Source: Candidatus Saccharimonadota bacterium (GTDB lineage Bacteria > Patescibacteriota > Saccharimonadia > Saccharimonadales > Saccharimonadaceae). Taken from it: a DNA stretch of 64,000 nt. Positions 10,401 through 18,491 of the stretch are shown piece after piece (within the stretch, counting starts at the first letter, position 1; each line of letters opens with the position of its first letter). The DNA lies in the NCBI GenBank assembly GCA_017404245.1, contig JAFRCT010000001.1, positions 7,054 through 71,053 of the forward strand, written 5' to 3'. The notes below the pieces were generated by a model. It did not search any database. It worked only from the letters and a program-made list of their open reading frames with translations, and had not been told where the DNA came from. A program made the translations under genes and the position numbers.

Positions 10401-11485
10401 TACTGCCAATTGCCATTGCCCTCTTTACGATAGATGGTATATGTTAACATCGTATCCGTTCTAGGGGTTCGATTGATGGTTTGTGATAAGATTTTGTGTT
10501 CGAAAGCTGGGGTAAAAGTGGAGGAGCTGGCAGAGCCTGTTATATTGGCCTCGGCATAGGAACATTTCCCAACGAAGCTTCCGTAATCTCCTAACATCTC
10601 GGACGTGCAGTTGCCGATTGGGCCAGAATAAGTGCTAGCGGTAGCTTTGGCGGGGCTAGAGGAGCTGTTTTCAAAAACTTGAGATTGAGCATCGTTTTTG
10701 CCGATGACTAGAGTTTGGGGGGTGGAAGTGGGAAGTGTAAAGGTGATGTATGAAGGTGAGGCTCCGCATCGGGTGGTGTCTGTGTAACATCTAAAGACAT
10801 AGATGACTCTTTGGTATTTGCCGTTACCTAGAGACGTACCGTTAGCTTGGGCGTCTTGTTTGGCGCATTCGACATCTAGGTTGCCACTGATTGGTGTGAG
10901 ATAGTCGGGATTTTTGCTAAAGACGCGGTAGCCTGCTTGAGAGCCTGGTAACCCTAAGCCTTCGGTGCTGCCAGCTGTGCTGCCTCTGTCTAGAGTGTAA
11001 CTATTTAGTTTTCTGATGCCGCCGCTTGTGATGCATGGATAAAGGTAGTTACTAGACGTAGAAAGCTCGTCGTTTAAGTATGAACGAAGTGTGCTCCAAT
11101 CATAGGTGGTACTGCTAGTTAAATCCATGCCGCCGACGGTTCCTGTGGTGAGAATTCTAGTTTTGTAACCTTTAGCGTCGTAATTATAGTCGTTATGGTT
11201 GTCGAACAAGGCACCGTGGACGTAAATGGTTTTGTTGCCTGAGGCGTTTGTGAGGTCGATGGTTTCTGAAAGGTTAAATGCAGAAGAATCGTTCACCCAG
11301 GCGATTCCCTTGCTATTGCACGGCCAGCTACCTGTTGTGCCTGCGCAGTTTGTTAGTGCTTGGTCGACACTAGCATTGGCGCGCCACTGACTTAGGGAGT
11401 ATCCGAAAGCTGGTGTGGTTTGGACGATTATAGTTATGCATAGTGAAAGAAATACGGCTAATTTTAGTTTTGTTTGTGATTTCAT
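4454..11485 (-). CDS. Giant secreted protein (about 2343 aa) with tandem Cys-pair beta-rich repeats and a vWA-like insertion; putative adhesin or pilus-associated protein
   Basis: Signal peptide MKSQTKLKLAVFLSLCITIIVQTTPAFG; Ser/Thr/Asn-rich; recurring F.H...Y.I...VC.....SS..C modules. Start overlaps the upstream gene stop (ATGA) and has a GGAG SD. Confidence 0.8.
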   Translation of the reverse strand: MKSQTKLKLAVFLSLCITIIVQTTPAFGYSLSQWRANASVDQALTNCAGTTGSWPCNSKGIAWVNDSSAFNLSETIDLTNASGNKTIYVHGALFDNHNDYNYDAKGYKTRILTTGTVGGMDLTSSTTYDWSTLRSYLNDELSTSSNYLYPCITSGGIRKLNSYTLDRGSTAGSTEGLGLPGSQAGYRVFSKNPDYLTPISGNLDVECAKQDAQANGTSLGNGKYQRVIYVFRCYTDTTRCGASPSYITFTLPTSTPQTLVIGKNDAQSQVFENSSSSPAKATASTYSGPIGNCTSEMLGDYGSFVGKCSYAEANITGSASSSTFTPAFEHKILSQTINRTPRTDTMLTYTIYRKEGNGNWQYQGGNRIGSLFTTNGDNWLNTTGKHAVSTTSNRVCEMLLVQHAAYTANCTNYCSAPSLENGGYEVASIVCANLEAPLTTVNVTSSTTGSPNVSGNGDITRASSNYPSNGIETAADIKKVTLPETTSIISPSFSHKLTAQATDGSSVNLQNVSYSITRAVTGGSSENAGNGYINLATGNTGATINSTKNGTQISIGPGQTIRVCEHLTYTGTSYTGSNNNFAGNGVWGNSLACVEYYRPALDPPAEKTYNTVSQSKVSSVSGSPTSATASSDGTNETAIAISTRDNSFSDLVFQHRYYLAFVTPTITKTLQHKVEEQLDDGSWTDISNGWRSSATLQSAGDLAGTEYSSYKSYLNSPITLEDGQTRKVCQKITVSPGTFKGIPQANGSLSGETAITLEVSSIACANITNTNTPQNLETNFNYTTFSEVHKQAQEVPSLTRSSSQYPANDYPTENDILDLGTLYGSERIQFSHTVYSNYLSGPIRDFLSPAASYTIEQRKIINDADDSGWVNIDTSSYSQIPLTAGPNLSVHHTLSYDSDAPQNGSIAIVCQRIVHHPQTLVVQANNDYRNGNDQVVSMVCVKFKQEPAQPTTSQAKLPTESKVIAENFNQLTSTSDYYSATPNSNNTLRGITTRTDTDASYVTYSPSFVHKINLESISGNFNGALGNIRYTIERSENGGSSYSQVGSGSISLNMNGESGLLISDDSLEYTVNVPAGETITVCERITVNPGTVSIDNANTSSVTAISPYTRSSNVCIEITNPSPNKRRQSAVTKSTVLLYKKVNGESAGDAFNRPATFEASVTSDEGNGTKTINYNTESNEDYWVRFVEFAKFGNGTINKTEAFSHEGGVSIDGGASWPTTIPEYGGSNLLANSDRNNSTNQAPCSFTGSSNYTNLNSDGNFYCIRDDSFTNYQLNQGSTDTLCGRLILKPDYYDYLVSNGSSAGRGDDKVSSQICVTLSKAASKEEKISATTKLIADNTPYTSTPAEFSYSTEGTRDYTFSHKFTRTGATDLTTSYTKHQKTIIENPDGTINSTQNQSLPITLTVSDNTPLVTSSGTATLEPGAKVTICEYVTFTSQTFTIESTGDITPAYDTGQTQEICAKFGRPGSQMIDDGTVLLTSVSTATINGTPGIDYSYNSASNTYDIYTNNAQVEYSHQVSRGNFYHTDDARTPAADSAYQYLLGANNPSITQLSSSTNISSLSNGQTNTHTSTKNVSGLNVGQTQQLCEPIHFLSSSYTMRARYYMLGGQKIPGQNFIINNEHSLVSNNLIGTSQACISLYRPYNFEIESIAASQTSTSAENGIVYQGGILSASFDVKVKKHQENQLLTSIPNATYQTFTFTLSGDSTVPGALAGGTTNDPCTFFNKNGFTVSNCVPTETSQSIGKNGATTASTYYPNDSQYSANFTRSAVASSSSVGSRFCIAMAIKPTDSGNGHENGFNNLWTVSAPVCTAVGKKPMFQVWGGSVQTNGGINTSLTGSYEVQTTQEQETYYEEEEVTTCVPTSSSRPIEAVIVMDKDGQTSYPAAVNAAKQIASSILRSGGKVSIMSYCEAFKKITTECSSSTCAENNVDLHIEAHLDASAHDTWQPFGQDKILENLNNSNIPEQDQYIIILETTASPESSLHGAIRSFASDNPNRNFHIYSDVSIQSFDIPNLSAYNSATIDQLTNQFANLGTSQCEYVTETRSVPKTRTITKYNTVPKGLYGSWGDFALIGGSDKNGRSSIASMASGAAIAQGVPSSTNIMCGISPLTITNTECQRGNQTKLNQAGSNISRGSDIITKVRARYPSTDTTSEHFKVIKLTNQDSNGNYTLSLSNFANANVTVDPGIYASVPIIVYPGSDGGSITITENIEIAQNRAYSNSRVPLIIIVSDGNINVSENVSRIDAWLLANGTFNSCTTPNGTPYTSSNLSANTCTNQLYVSGPVVAESLYLRRTFGAEVFNATPQPAEIFNYSPSVILSSYSEATSVNQPITTYIRKIAPRY

Positions 11486-12165
11486 ATTACTATCATCTCC
11501 TCTACAAAGCCACGATTGATGGCGGTCTGCAACCATTCTTCGGCGGCTTCGGTGTTACCGAAAAAGCTTTCAATACCGTATACTTGATATGCGGATTCGG
11601 CGGTGGCTGTTAATTCGTCGTATTTATAAAAGTCGTTTAGGATTTGGTTTTTGGGGCAGTTTTGTGGGTTGTCTTTGGTTAGATTGCTTGCTCTAGTTAG
11701 GTAGTAGTTGGCTTTTTCTTCGCTAGTGGTGGCGCGAGAAATGAGCTGGTCGTAGAGCCAGATGCCAAGGCGGGGATGCTCATAAAGTTGCTTAGCGGCA
11801 TTTTCGGGGGAGATTTCTAGAAGTTTGGCGGCTTTTGGCACAAAGATAATACCGAGGACTATGAGGGTTGCGGCTGAGATGACGATGATTAAAAAACGTT
11901 TTAAGGGGAAGGGTGGCTTTGAGGTGATGTGTTGACCAGCGGTGACGGTTCCTAGGTGGGCGTTTTTGGGGGTGAGAACTTTTGTTAGCCAGTCTTTTAA
12001 GGTAGTAAAACGAGTTTTGAGCTTGGCTTTAACTTCGGCTAGTTGTTCTTGTTTGGTTTTGGTTTCTACGACGTTAACAAAAACGGCGCGTTTTTCTTTG
12101 GCCTTGGTTTCGCTGAGGTTATCAGAATGAAACACAGGCTTAACTTTATTTCCTCCACTACTCAT
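11482..12165 (-). CDS. Single-pass membrane protein with a helical (TPR-like) C-terminal domain
   Basis: One TM segment (FLIIVISAATLIVLGIIFV); helical C-terminus ending FGNTEAAEEWLQTA. Confidence 0.65.
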   Translation of the reverse strand: MSSGGNKVKPVFHSDNLSETKAKEKRAVFVNVVETKTKQEQLAEVKAKLKTRFTTLKDWLTKVLTPKNAHLGTVTAGQHITSKPPFPLKRFLIIVISAATLIVLGIIFVPKAAKLLEISPENAAKQLYEHPRLGIWLYDQLISRATTSEEKANYYLTRASNLTKDNPQNCPKNQILNDFYKYDELTATAESAYQVYGIESFFGNTEAAEEWLQTAINRGFVEEMIVI

Positions 12166-12229
12166 TATACTTAAGATTATAACAAACGAGCTAATGCTAG
12201 TAAAGCTTGATTTTTGGAATTTGCTAATA

Positions 12230-12266
12230 AAAAATAGCTCCTATTTTTTGAAACGGAGCTATTTTT
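12230..12266. terminator. Intrinsic terminator-like hairpin
   Basis: AAAAATAGCTCC ... GGAGCTATTTTT inverted repeat just downstream of the 12272 stop. Confidence 0.75.
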
Positions 12267-12271
12267 GGGAA

Positions 12272-12877
12272 CTATTCTTCGACAGAGAAAGATGATAAGT
12301 CGCGAAGGTGAGCTTCTTCGGCGAGGGTTTGGTAGCGCTCGGCGTTGGCGGTTTCTCCTAGCCCAGCGTAAGCGGTGGAGTAGGCGTTGTAGAGGCGGAA
12401 TAAATCGTAGTCGCTTAGGCCTTCATCGCTGATGGAATTGGCTATGTCGAGAATGGCAGAGTAATCCTCCATGGCAATTAGGTAGGTAACTTTGCGCATG
12501 GTTTCTTCGAAACGTTCGGCGTCGGTGTGGGCGGAGTTGATGCGTTGGTCGATGGTGTTTAGCATTTCTTCGTTTTGGATGGTACCATCATTGGAAAGAT
12601 TGGCGTCTTCTACAACTACGCTAGTGTTAACCTCAATGCCGTTTTGCTTATCTTTGAAGAACATATAATAAGCCCCGACGCCAAGGCCAGCCAAAACTAA
12701 AATCAAAAAGATAATTTTGAGGGCTTTTTTGCGACGGATGGATTTGCCAGAGCTGATTGGCGTGGTTTGGCCATGAGGGTTGCTAGTGATGGCGCCAAAG
12801 GGGCTGGCGGAACCAGCAGGGTTTGTTGGCGCGGGCGGGGTTTGATTGTTGGTTTGAGAAGAAGCTTGGTCTATCAT
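12272..12877 (-). CDS. Single-pass membrane protein with a TPR-like C-terminal domain
   Basis: Pro/Ser/Thr-rich N-terminus, TM segment IIFLILVLAGLGVGAYYMFF, and TPR-like LYNAYSTAYAGLGETANAERY. Confidence 0.65.
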   Translation of the reverse strand: MIDQASSQTNNQTPPAPTNPAGSASPFGAITSNPHGQTTPISSGKSIRRKKALKIIFLILVLAGLGVGAYYMFFKDKQNGIEVNTSVVVEDANLSNDGTIQNEEMLNTIDQRINSAHTDAERFEETMRKVTYLIAMEDYSAILDIANSISDEGLSDYDLFRLYNAYSTAYAGLGETANAERYQTLAEEAHLRDLSSFSVEE

Positions 12878-12923
12878 ATATATTATATTATACACGATAG
12901 GCCAAAAAGATAAAGCTTTTTGT

Positions 12924-14201
12924 TTAGGAGTTGGCGTTTACTAAGAAATCGAGAGTTTTTTCGATGACCATGCGGTTTTTGATGTCCATCTTGACGCGAG
13001 GGTCTTTGAGGTTTTTTAGGGCTTCGGGGGATTTTTGATAAACATCACGAAGCTCGGCGATTTTGGCGGTTACGTCTTCGTCCGCAACGGTGATGTTTTC
13101 GTTGCGAGCAAGAATTTGAAGCACAAGAGAGGCTTTGACGCGCTTTTCGGCCGTTAGACGGGCTTCTTTTTCCCATTGTGCAAGAGTAAGGTTTGAGCCT
13201 TTGAGGTAATCTTCTAGCGTGAGGTGCATGGAAGTGGCGTTTCTTGTGATGTCGTCTTTAATGAAGCGTAGTTGGTCTTCGATAAGAATTTCGGGAGCCG
13301 AAACCGTGGAGGCGGAAACTAAGGCTTCTACTAAAGCGTCTTTGTGTTGCTCGCTTAGGCGATGTTCGTTTTGGGTTTTGAGATTTTTTTCGATGTCGGC
13401 GCGAAGTTCTTTGACGGTTTTGAAAGGGCCGCACTTTTGAGCGAAGCTTGCATCTAGGTCTGGCAAAATTATCTCGTTGACTTGTTTGACGAGTATTTCA
13501 AAAACTACCTTTTGACCAGCAAGGGAGGTTTCGGCGTAATCTTTGGGGAAAGTTAGGTTGAGGTTGAACTTGTCGCCAGAGGCTTTGCCAACTAGTCCTT
13601 CTTCGAAACCAGGGATAAAAGTGTGCGAGCCGAGGGTAAGGGCGTAATCTTTGGCACTGCCACCCTTGAAAGGTTTGTCGTCTTTTTTGCCAGTAAAGTC
13701 TATAATGACTTCGTCGCCAAGAGCGGCGGATTTTTTGGCAACCTTTTTTTCTGCGTAGGCTTTGCGGATGTTTTCTAGAACTTCGTCGACGTCTTTGGCG
13801 GAAACGGTTAGCTTGGGCTTTTTAACTTTGAGATTTTTGTAGTCGCCTAGCTTGATGTCTGGTAAAATGTCGGCTTCGGCGGTGTATTCGGCGGACTCAT
13901 TAGGGACGTATTTGGTGACGTTGACCTTGGGGATGACGAGCGGGGATTTTTCTACGCTATTGAAGGCGGACGGTACGGTTGAGCGGACGGCAAAATCGAT
14001 GGTTTCTTTGGAAACATCATTTGCATTTAGAAGCTTTTCGGCAAGTTCGCGAGGGGCTTTGCCTTTGCGGAAACCTTGGAGTTTGACTTCTTTAACCATG
14101 CGCTCTATGACTTTTTCGCGAGCAGAGGCTAAATCTTGGTTGTCGAGGGTAACGGTGATTTGAATCCGGGTGTCGGATAGTTTTTTTGACTTTACTTTCA
14201 T
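12924..14201 (-). CDS. tig: Trigger factor
   Basis: GFRKGKAP ribosome-binding motif; FKBP domain FIPGFEEGLVG. Confidence 0.97.
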   Translation of the reverse strand: MKVKSKKLSDTRIQITVTLDNQDLASAREKVIERMVKEVKLQGFRKGKAPRELAEKLLNANDVSKETIDFAVRSTVPSAFNSVEKSPLVIPKVNVTKYVPNESAEYTAEADILPDIKLGDYKNLKVKKPKLTVSAKDVDEVLENIRKAYAEKKVAKKSAALGDEVIIDFTGKKDDKPFKGGSAKDYALTLGSHTFIPGFEEGLVGKASGDKFNLNLTFPKDYAETSLAGQKVVFEILVKQVNEIILPDLDASFAQKCGPFKTVKELRADIEKNLKTQNEHRLSEQHKDALVEALVSASTVSAPEILIEDQLRFIKDDITRNATSMHLTLEDYLKGSNLTLAQWEKEARLTAEKRVKASLVLQILARNENITVADEDVTAKIAELRDVYQKSPEALKNLKDPRVKMDIKNRMVIEKTLDFLVNANS

Positions 14202-14221
14202 GGGGATGATTATAGCATAGA

Positions 14222-15817
14222 TTAGCGTTCTAGGATATGGGGTAGTGGAGAAGTGCGTAGATGCTGAACTGCCGAGCGAGTGTTATAGCAAGATTTAGTT
14301 TCGGGGGCAAGGATATGTTCTGGGTCGAAAAGGTCTTTGATGTTTGAAATAAGTTCTTTTTGAGGCTTGTCTAGCGTGGGGTAAATGATGATGGACTTGA
14401 GGCGCCCCTCGGGCATGCCGCTGGCTAGAAAGCCAGAGTGCTTGATGAGAAGTTCGTTTAAGTCGCGCATGAGGGTGAGGGCGGCTCGACGTTCGTCTAG
14501 CTCCTCGAGGTTGAAGCTGGGGCGCAGTGAATAGGTGTTGGTGGCAAGCGAGCCAAAAAGTTCGAGTGGACGACCAGAAGCCTTTTCTAGGCCTTTGAGG
14601 TCGGCGAGAAAGCTATTCATGGACTCGGGGGGGACGTAAAAATCGTTGAGTAGAAATGGGCGTTCGCCCTTGGTAGTGCTGTTTAGAAAAGCGGTGAGTG
14701 AAGTGTTGAAATCGTCGAAATCGGCAGAATTGCCGAGGGTTTCTTCGGCCGCATAGGCAGATTTGGAGAGGAAAGACATGGTGCGATGGATTTTTTTGCG
14801 AGATTTGCGGGATTTGTCGTTGTAGGCGACCAAGACTAAGTAGCCGTCGACGAGCTTTTTGGTGAGGAGGTCGGGCTTTTTGCCGAGGTCGGTTAGGGCT
14901 TTGAATAGACGAGTGTCGTAAATATCTATGGAAAGGGGCGATAACTTTAGGCAATAATTGGCAAAGCCTTGAGCGGCGCCAAAATTGGGGAAGACCGCAA
15001 AACAACGATGGGCTCTGGGTGGCAAGATGTCTAGACGCAAGATGACTTCGGTAATGATGCCAAGGTTGCCCTCAGCGCCGAAGAAAGCTGGCATGAGATC
15101 GAACGTTCTGCCGTGGTTGCGCGAGAGATGGCGTAGGGCTGGATAGCCAAGTGAGGAATGTTTTGAGGAGTTTTCTATGAGGGCAGAGTTTTGGGCGAGG
15201 AGCTTTTGCAGACCAGCATAGATTTTGCCCTCGTGGGACTTTTCTGAGGCTTTGCGGGCAAGGCGAGAGGGGGTGAGGCGCGTGGTTTGAATGAGGTCGC
15301 CGTTTGGAAGGACAGCCTCGATGCGGTCGATGTAGTTCATGATGCCGCCGTATTTGTGGGAGTAAGGGTCTGTGGGGCAGTTGGAAATGAGAGAACCAAT
15401 GGTTTCTTTGGGGTTGGCAGAAATGGGCAGAGTGAGACCATGGGGAGCAAGAACGGCATTGAGTTTGCCTAGAGAGATGCCAGCTTGGACATGGACTAGG
15501 CGGTCGTGCGCGTCGAGCTCGCGAACGTGGTTGAGGCGTTCGGTGGAAATGACTAAACCAGCTGACAAATCGGCGCCAGTTTGAGAAAGCCCCGAACCGC
15601 GAACCGCAATGGGCAGGTTGTATTTTTTGGTGGCGAGTTGATCGACAAAACGAACTAGCTTGCGAACGTCGGAGGTGGACTCGGGTAGAGCGACAAAACG
15701 TGGTTTGATTTTGAGGAGTGAGGAATCGGTAGAATAGGCCTCGAGAATCTCGTCCTTGTCAAAAACATTGCCAGTAATGTGGCGATTGAGATAAACTGCG
15801 ATTTTATTCACAAACAC
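14222..15817 (-). CDS. FAD-binding oxidoreductase (GlcD/D-lactate dehydrogenase-like)
   Basis: YSTDSS, RGSGLSQTG, GAEGNLGIITE and KDLFDPEHIL motifs. Confidence 0.85.
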   Translation of the reverse strand: MFVNKIAVYLNRHITGNVFDKDEILEAYSTDSSLLKIKPRFVALPESTSDVRKLVRFVDQLATKKYNLPIAVRGSGLSQTGADLSAGLVISTERLNHVRELDAHDRLVHVQAGISLGKLNAVLAPHGLTLPISANPKETIGSLISNCPTDPYSHKYGGIMNYIDRIEAVLPNGDLIQTTRLTPSRLARKASEKSHEGKIYAGLQKLLAQNSALIENSSKHSSLGYPALRHLSRNHGRTFDLMPAFFGAEGNLGIITEVILRLDILPPRAHRCFAVFPNFGAAQGFANYCLKLSPLSIDIYDTRLFKALTDLGKKPDLLTKKLVDGYLVLVAYNDKSRKSRKKIHRTMSFLSKSAYAAEETLGNSADFDDFNTSLTAFLNSTTKGERPFLLNDFYVPPESMNSFLADLKGLEKASGRPLELFGSLATNTYSLRPSFNLEELDERRAALTLMRDLNELLIKHSGFLASGMPEGRLKSIIIYPTLDKPQKELISNIKDLFDPEHILAPETKSCYNTRSAVQHLRTSPLPHILER

Positions 15818-15857
15818 CCACCTTAATATACATATGTATAATTATATTATTGTTATG

Positions 15858-16472
15858 CTAAATTTGGAAGAGGCTTTTTAGTTTTTGGAAAACTTGCTCG
15901 GGGGTGCCAGAGGCATCTAATGTGGGGACGTTATATTGTTTTGCAACTTTGAGGTAGGCGGCGTTGAGGCGAGCTTGAAAGGCAGCATCTTTGCTTTTGA
16001 AAAACTCGGCGGAGCGCTTGCCTTGAGAGATAAGACGAGCTTGGCGTTCGGCGTCGGACAGAGTAAAGACGACGTATTTGTCTGGTAAGAAATATTCTTT
16101 AGGCATGAGCTCGTGATGAATGCGAGCGATAAAGCTTTTGCTAACACCAGTGCCATAGCCCTCGTAAATTAGGGTTGAAAACCAAGAGCGGGTAATGATG
16201 ACGGTTTTATCAGCCTTGAGAGCTGGCTCGGCGAGCCGTTTCCATTGCTCGTAGCGGTTGACTAGGTATAACAAAACGCGAGTTTTTTTGTCTATGCCGT
16301 AGTCGTTTTTGTAATTGAGATTTGCAATGCCAGAAATAAATGGGTCGGTGGACTCGGTGCCAGATTCGGAATAGTGAACTACGGTTTGGCCTTGAGCTTC
16401 TAGGTGGGTTTTGAGAAGTGAGGCTTGAGTGTCTTTGCCAGTGGCGTCTTGGCCTTCTACAAATATGAGCAT
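15858..16472 (-). CDS. tmk: Thymidylate kinase
   Basis: IFVEGQDATGKDTQ P-loop and TRSWFSTLIYEG. Start MLIFVEG lies 2 nt after the tdk stop. Confidence 0.88.
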   Translation of the reverse strand: MLIFVEGQDATGKDTQASLLKTHLEAQGQTVVHYSESGTESTDPFISGIANLNYKNDYGIDKKTRVLLYLVNRYEQWKRLAEPALKADKTVIITRSWFSTLIYEGYGTGVSKSFIARIHHELMPKEYFLPDKYVVFTLSDAERQARLISQGKRSAEFFKSKDAAFQARLNAAYLKVAKQYNVPTLDASGTPEQVFQKLKSLFQI

Positions 16473-16473
16473 T

Positions 16474-17061
16474 TTAGCCTTTCTTTTGATATTTAGCGAC
16501 ACATGCGGGGCAGAGAGCGCGATATTCGACTTTGGTGGTGCCGTCGTCAATGAGGATGTCGGGGCCGCTGGTAACTAGTTTGCCATTGAGAAATCGACAG
16601 TTGCAAGTGGCTTTGTGTCCACATTCGCAGATGGTTTTGATTTCTTCGATGTCGTGGGCGATTTGGAGTAACCTAGTTGCACCTTCAAAACCGCCGTCTT
16701 CTTGGCGAAAGTTAAGACGCAAACCATAGGCCATTACGGGTATGTCGAGTTCGATGGTAATTTGCATTAGTTGGTCGACTTGAGCCTTGGTGAGAAATTG
16801 AGACTCGTCAACTAGGACGCAGGCGACACCAGCAAAGTTTTCGGCAACTTCGGCAAAAAGGTCGGTTTGGCAACTAAAACAAAGGTCGGTTTGGCGTTCG
16901 GGGCCAATGCGGGTGAGTAGTTTACGACCGTTTTTAGTGTCTGTTTGGGGTTTCATGACGCAGACAGGAAGCCCGCGTTCTTCGTAGTTAAAGGCGACCT
17001 GAAGGAGTTGCATGGTTTTGCCGCAACCCATGGCGCCGTACCGAAAATATAACTTTGCCAT
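16474..17061 (-). CDS. tdk: Thymidine kinase
   Basis: YGAMGCGKT, VDESQFL, YGLR and the Zn-binding CECG...CPAC motif. Confidence 0.95.
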   Translation of the reverse strand: MAKLYFRYGAMGCGKTMQLLQVAFNYEERGLPVCVMKPQTDTKNGRKLLTRIGPERQTDLCFSCQTDLFAEVAENFAGVACVLVDESQFLTKAQVDQLMQITIELDIPVMAYGLRLNFRQEDGGFEGATRLLQIAHDIEEIKTICECGHKATCNCRFLNGKLVTSGPDILIDDGTTKVEYRALCPACVAKYQKKG

Positions 17062-18454
17062 AATAAGTACATTGTATCACAAAAGATGCGACAAACAGGA
17101 TGCTAAAAATAGCAGGGTTTCCTGTGGAAGTGTCGGGGTTTTCGATGGGAGTTTCTGGTTGGGCAACTGGCTCTTCTGAAGTTTCGGGGTCTTTAGGGTC
17201 TGGTATGGTGGGTAGTACTGGGGTGTAGGGCCGAACTTCTGGCTCCTCTGGCTCCTCAGCTTCATCTTTTGGTGTTACTTCTAGGCCTACAATGTAAAAG
17301 ATTTCGTTAGAAGAAACATAAGCGCGCTCACTAGTTTCTTCGCCATTAAAATAGGCCGAGGCCCACGGGCCGAGGTAATCGGGCTTGATAAATCCGTAGT
17401 CTTTAGACGTGGGGATAAAATTAACTTTTAGGAAGTAGAAGCCGTCTTTGGCTACGGTGTTGTCGTTCGAGCAATTGTTGTAACAAATTAGATATGTATT
17501 TTGGTAGTTGATTTGATAAAGACTGTCGTCAAAAATGGTGATTTTGCCGTGGTAGGTGGAAACTGGAGAAGCTTCCGCCTTGTAGGCTTTATCTAGGGTT
17601 AGACTTTTGACGATGCGTTCTTCTTCTTGGGAGAGGTCTTGCCCTTCGCTTAGGGCTTTGTTGAAAGTTACGGCAACGCCAGGAATGGATTTTACTAGCC
17701 TAAAGGTGGGGGTATGGTTAGTGATAGGATGGGAGAAAGTATAGTAGGGTTGGCCAGCGGTGATGTTTTCGTGGAGAGAATAGTCTTCGAAATCGTTGTT
17801 TGAAAAAGCGTTGCCGACGCCTTCGTAATATTTGTGCGTGATGCTTAGATTGGGCTCGTCGGGATATTGGAGTTGGTCGGTAAAGGTGTCTGCGTAAATG
17901 CCAAATGAGCCAGTTGGGTTGTAAATAGTCAAGGTTGTATGGCCATCTATTCGTACATTGGTTGGTTCGCTTGAGAGCAAAGAGATGCCTGTTACTTCGC
18001 TGGTGGAGGGGGTTTCTAGAGGTAAGGCAGAGTTTACTTTGATATTGATGTATTGCGAGCCACTAACCTTGAGAGAACGCCCAGTGGAAATAAAACCATT
18101 TGCAACGTTTGTGCTTGAGTTTGCAATTAAGTAGAGCATGGGATAAACATCGCTAGATGTAATTTCGGTGTAATTGCAGTCGGTCTTTAGAGCGTACTCT
18201 TCGCCAGTTATGGTGTTTATGCCTTTTAGGGATATGAATAGGTTACTATAAACTGGATCTTCACATTTTATGTTAAACGGCTCGCCGTTGTAGTTATTTA
18301 GCTCTAAAAACATGTGCAGGCCATCGGTTTCGAGTAGAAAGCCGTCGTCAGAGCTTATGATTTGGTTGCCTTCGGCGTGAGCCGTTTGCGTGAATAGAAC
18401 AAGAAAGATAAAGATTGTTAGGTATTTGAGTGTGGAGAAAAAACGGTTAGTCAT
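16988..18454 (-). CDS. Secreted surface protein with a Pro/Glu linker and an NPDTS sorting-like signal
   Basis: Signal peptide ending TAHA; PE-rich stalk; ENPDTS followed by a hydrophobic segment. The 3' end overlaps the tdk start by 74 nt. Confidence 0.65.
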   Translation of the reverse strand: MTNRFFSTLKYLTIFIFLVLFTQTAHAEGNQIISSDDGFLLETDGLHMFLELNNYNGEPFNIKCEDPVYSNLFISLKGINTITGEEYALKTDCNYTEITSSDVYPMLYLIANSSTNVANGFISTGRSLKVSGSQYINIKVNSALPLETPSTSEVTGISLLSSEPTNVRIDGHTTLTIYNPTGSFGIYADTFTDQLQYPDEPNLSITHKYYEGVGNAFSNNDFEDYSLHENITAGQPYYTFSHPITNHTPTFRLVKSIPGVAVTFNKALSEGQDLSQEEERIVKSLTLDKAYKAEASPVSTYHGKITIFDDSLYQINYQNTYLICYNNCSNDNTVAKDGFYFLKVNFIPTSKDYGFIKPDYLGPWASAYFNGEETSERAYVSSNEIFYIVGLEVTPKDEAEEPEEPEVRPYTPVLPTIPDPKDPETSEEPVAQPETPIENPDTSTGNPAIFSILFVASFVIQCTYYGKVIFSVRRHGLRQNHATPSGRL

Positions 18455-18491
18455 GCACAGATGATAACAGTGGGACAACTAAAACTCAAAG

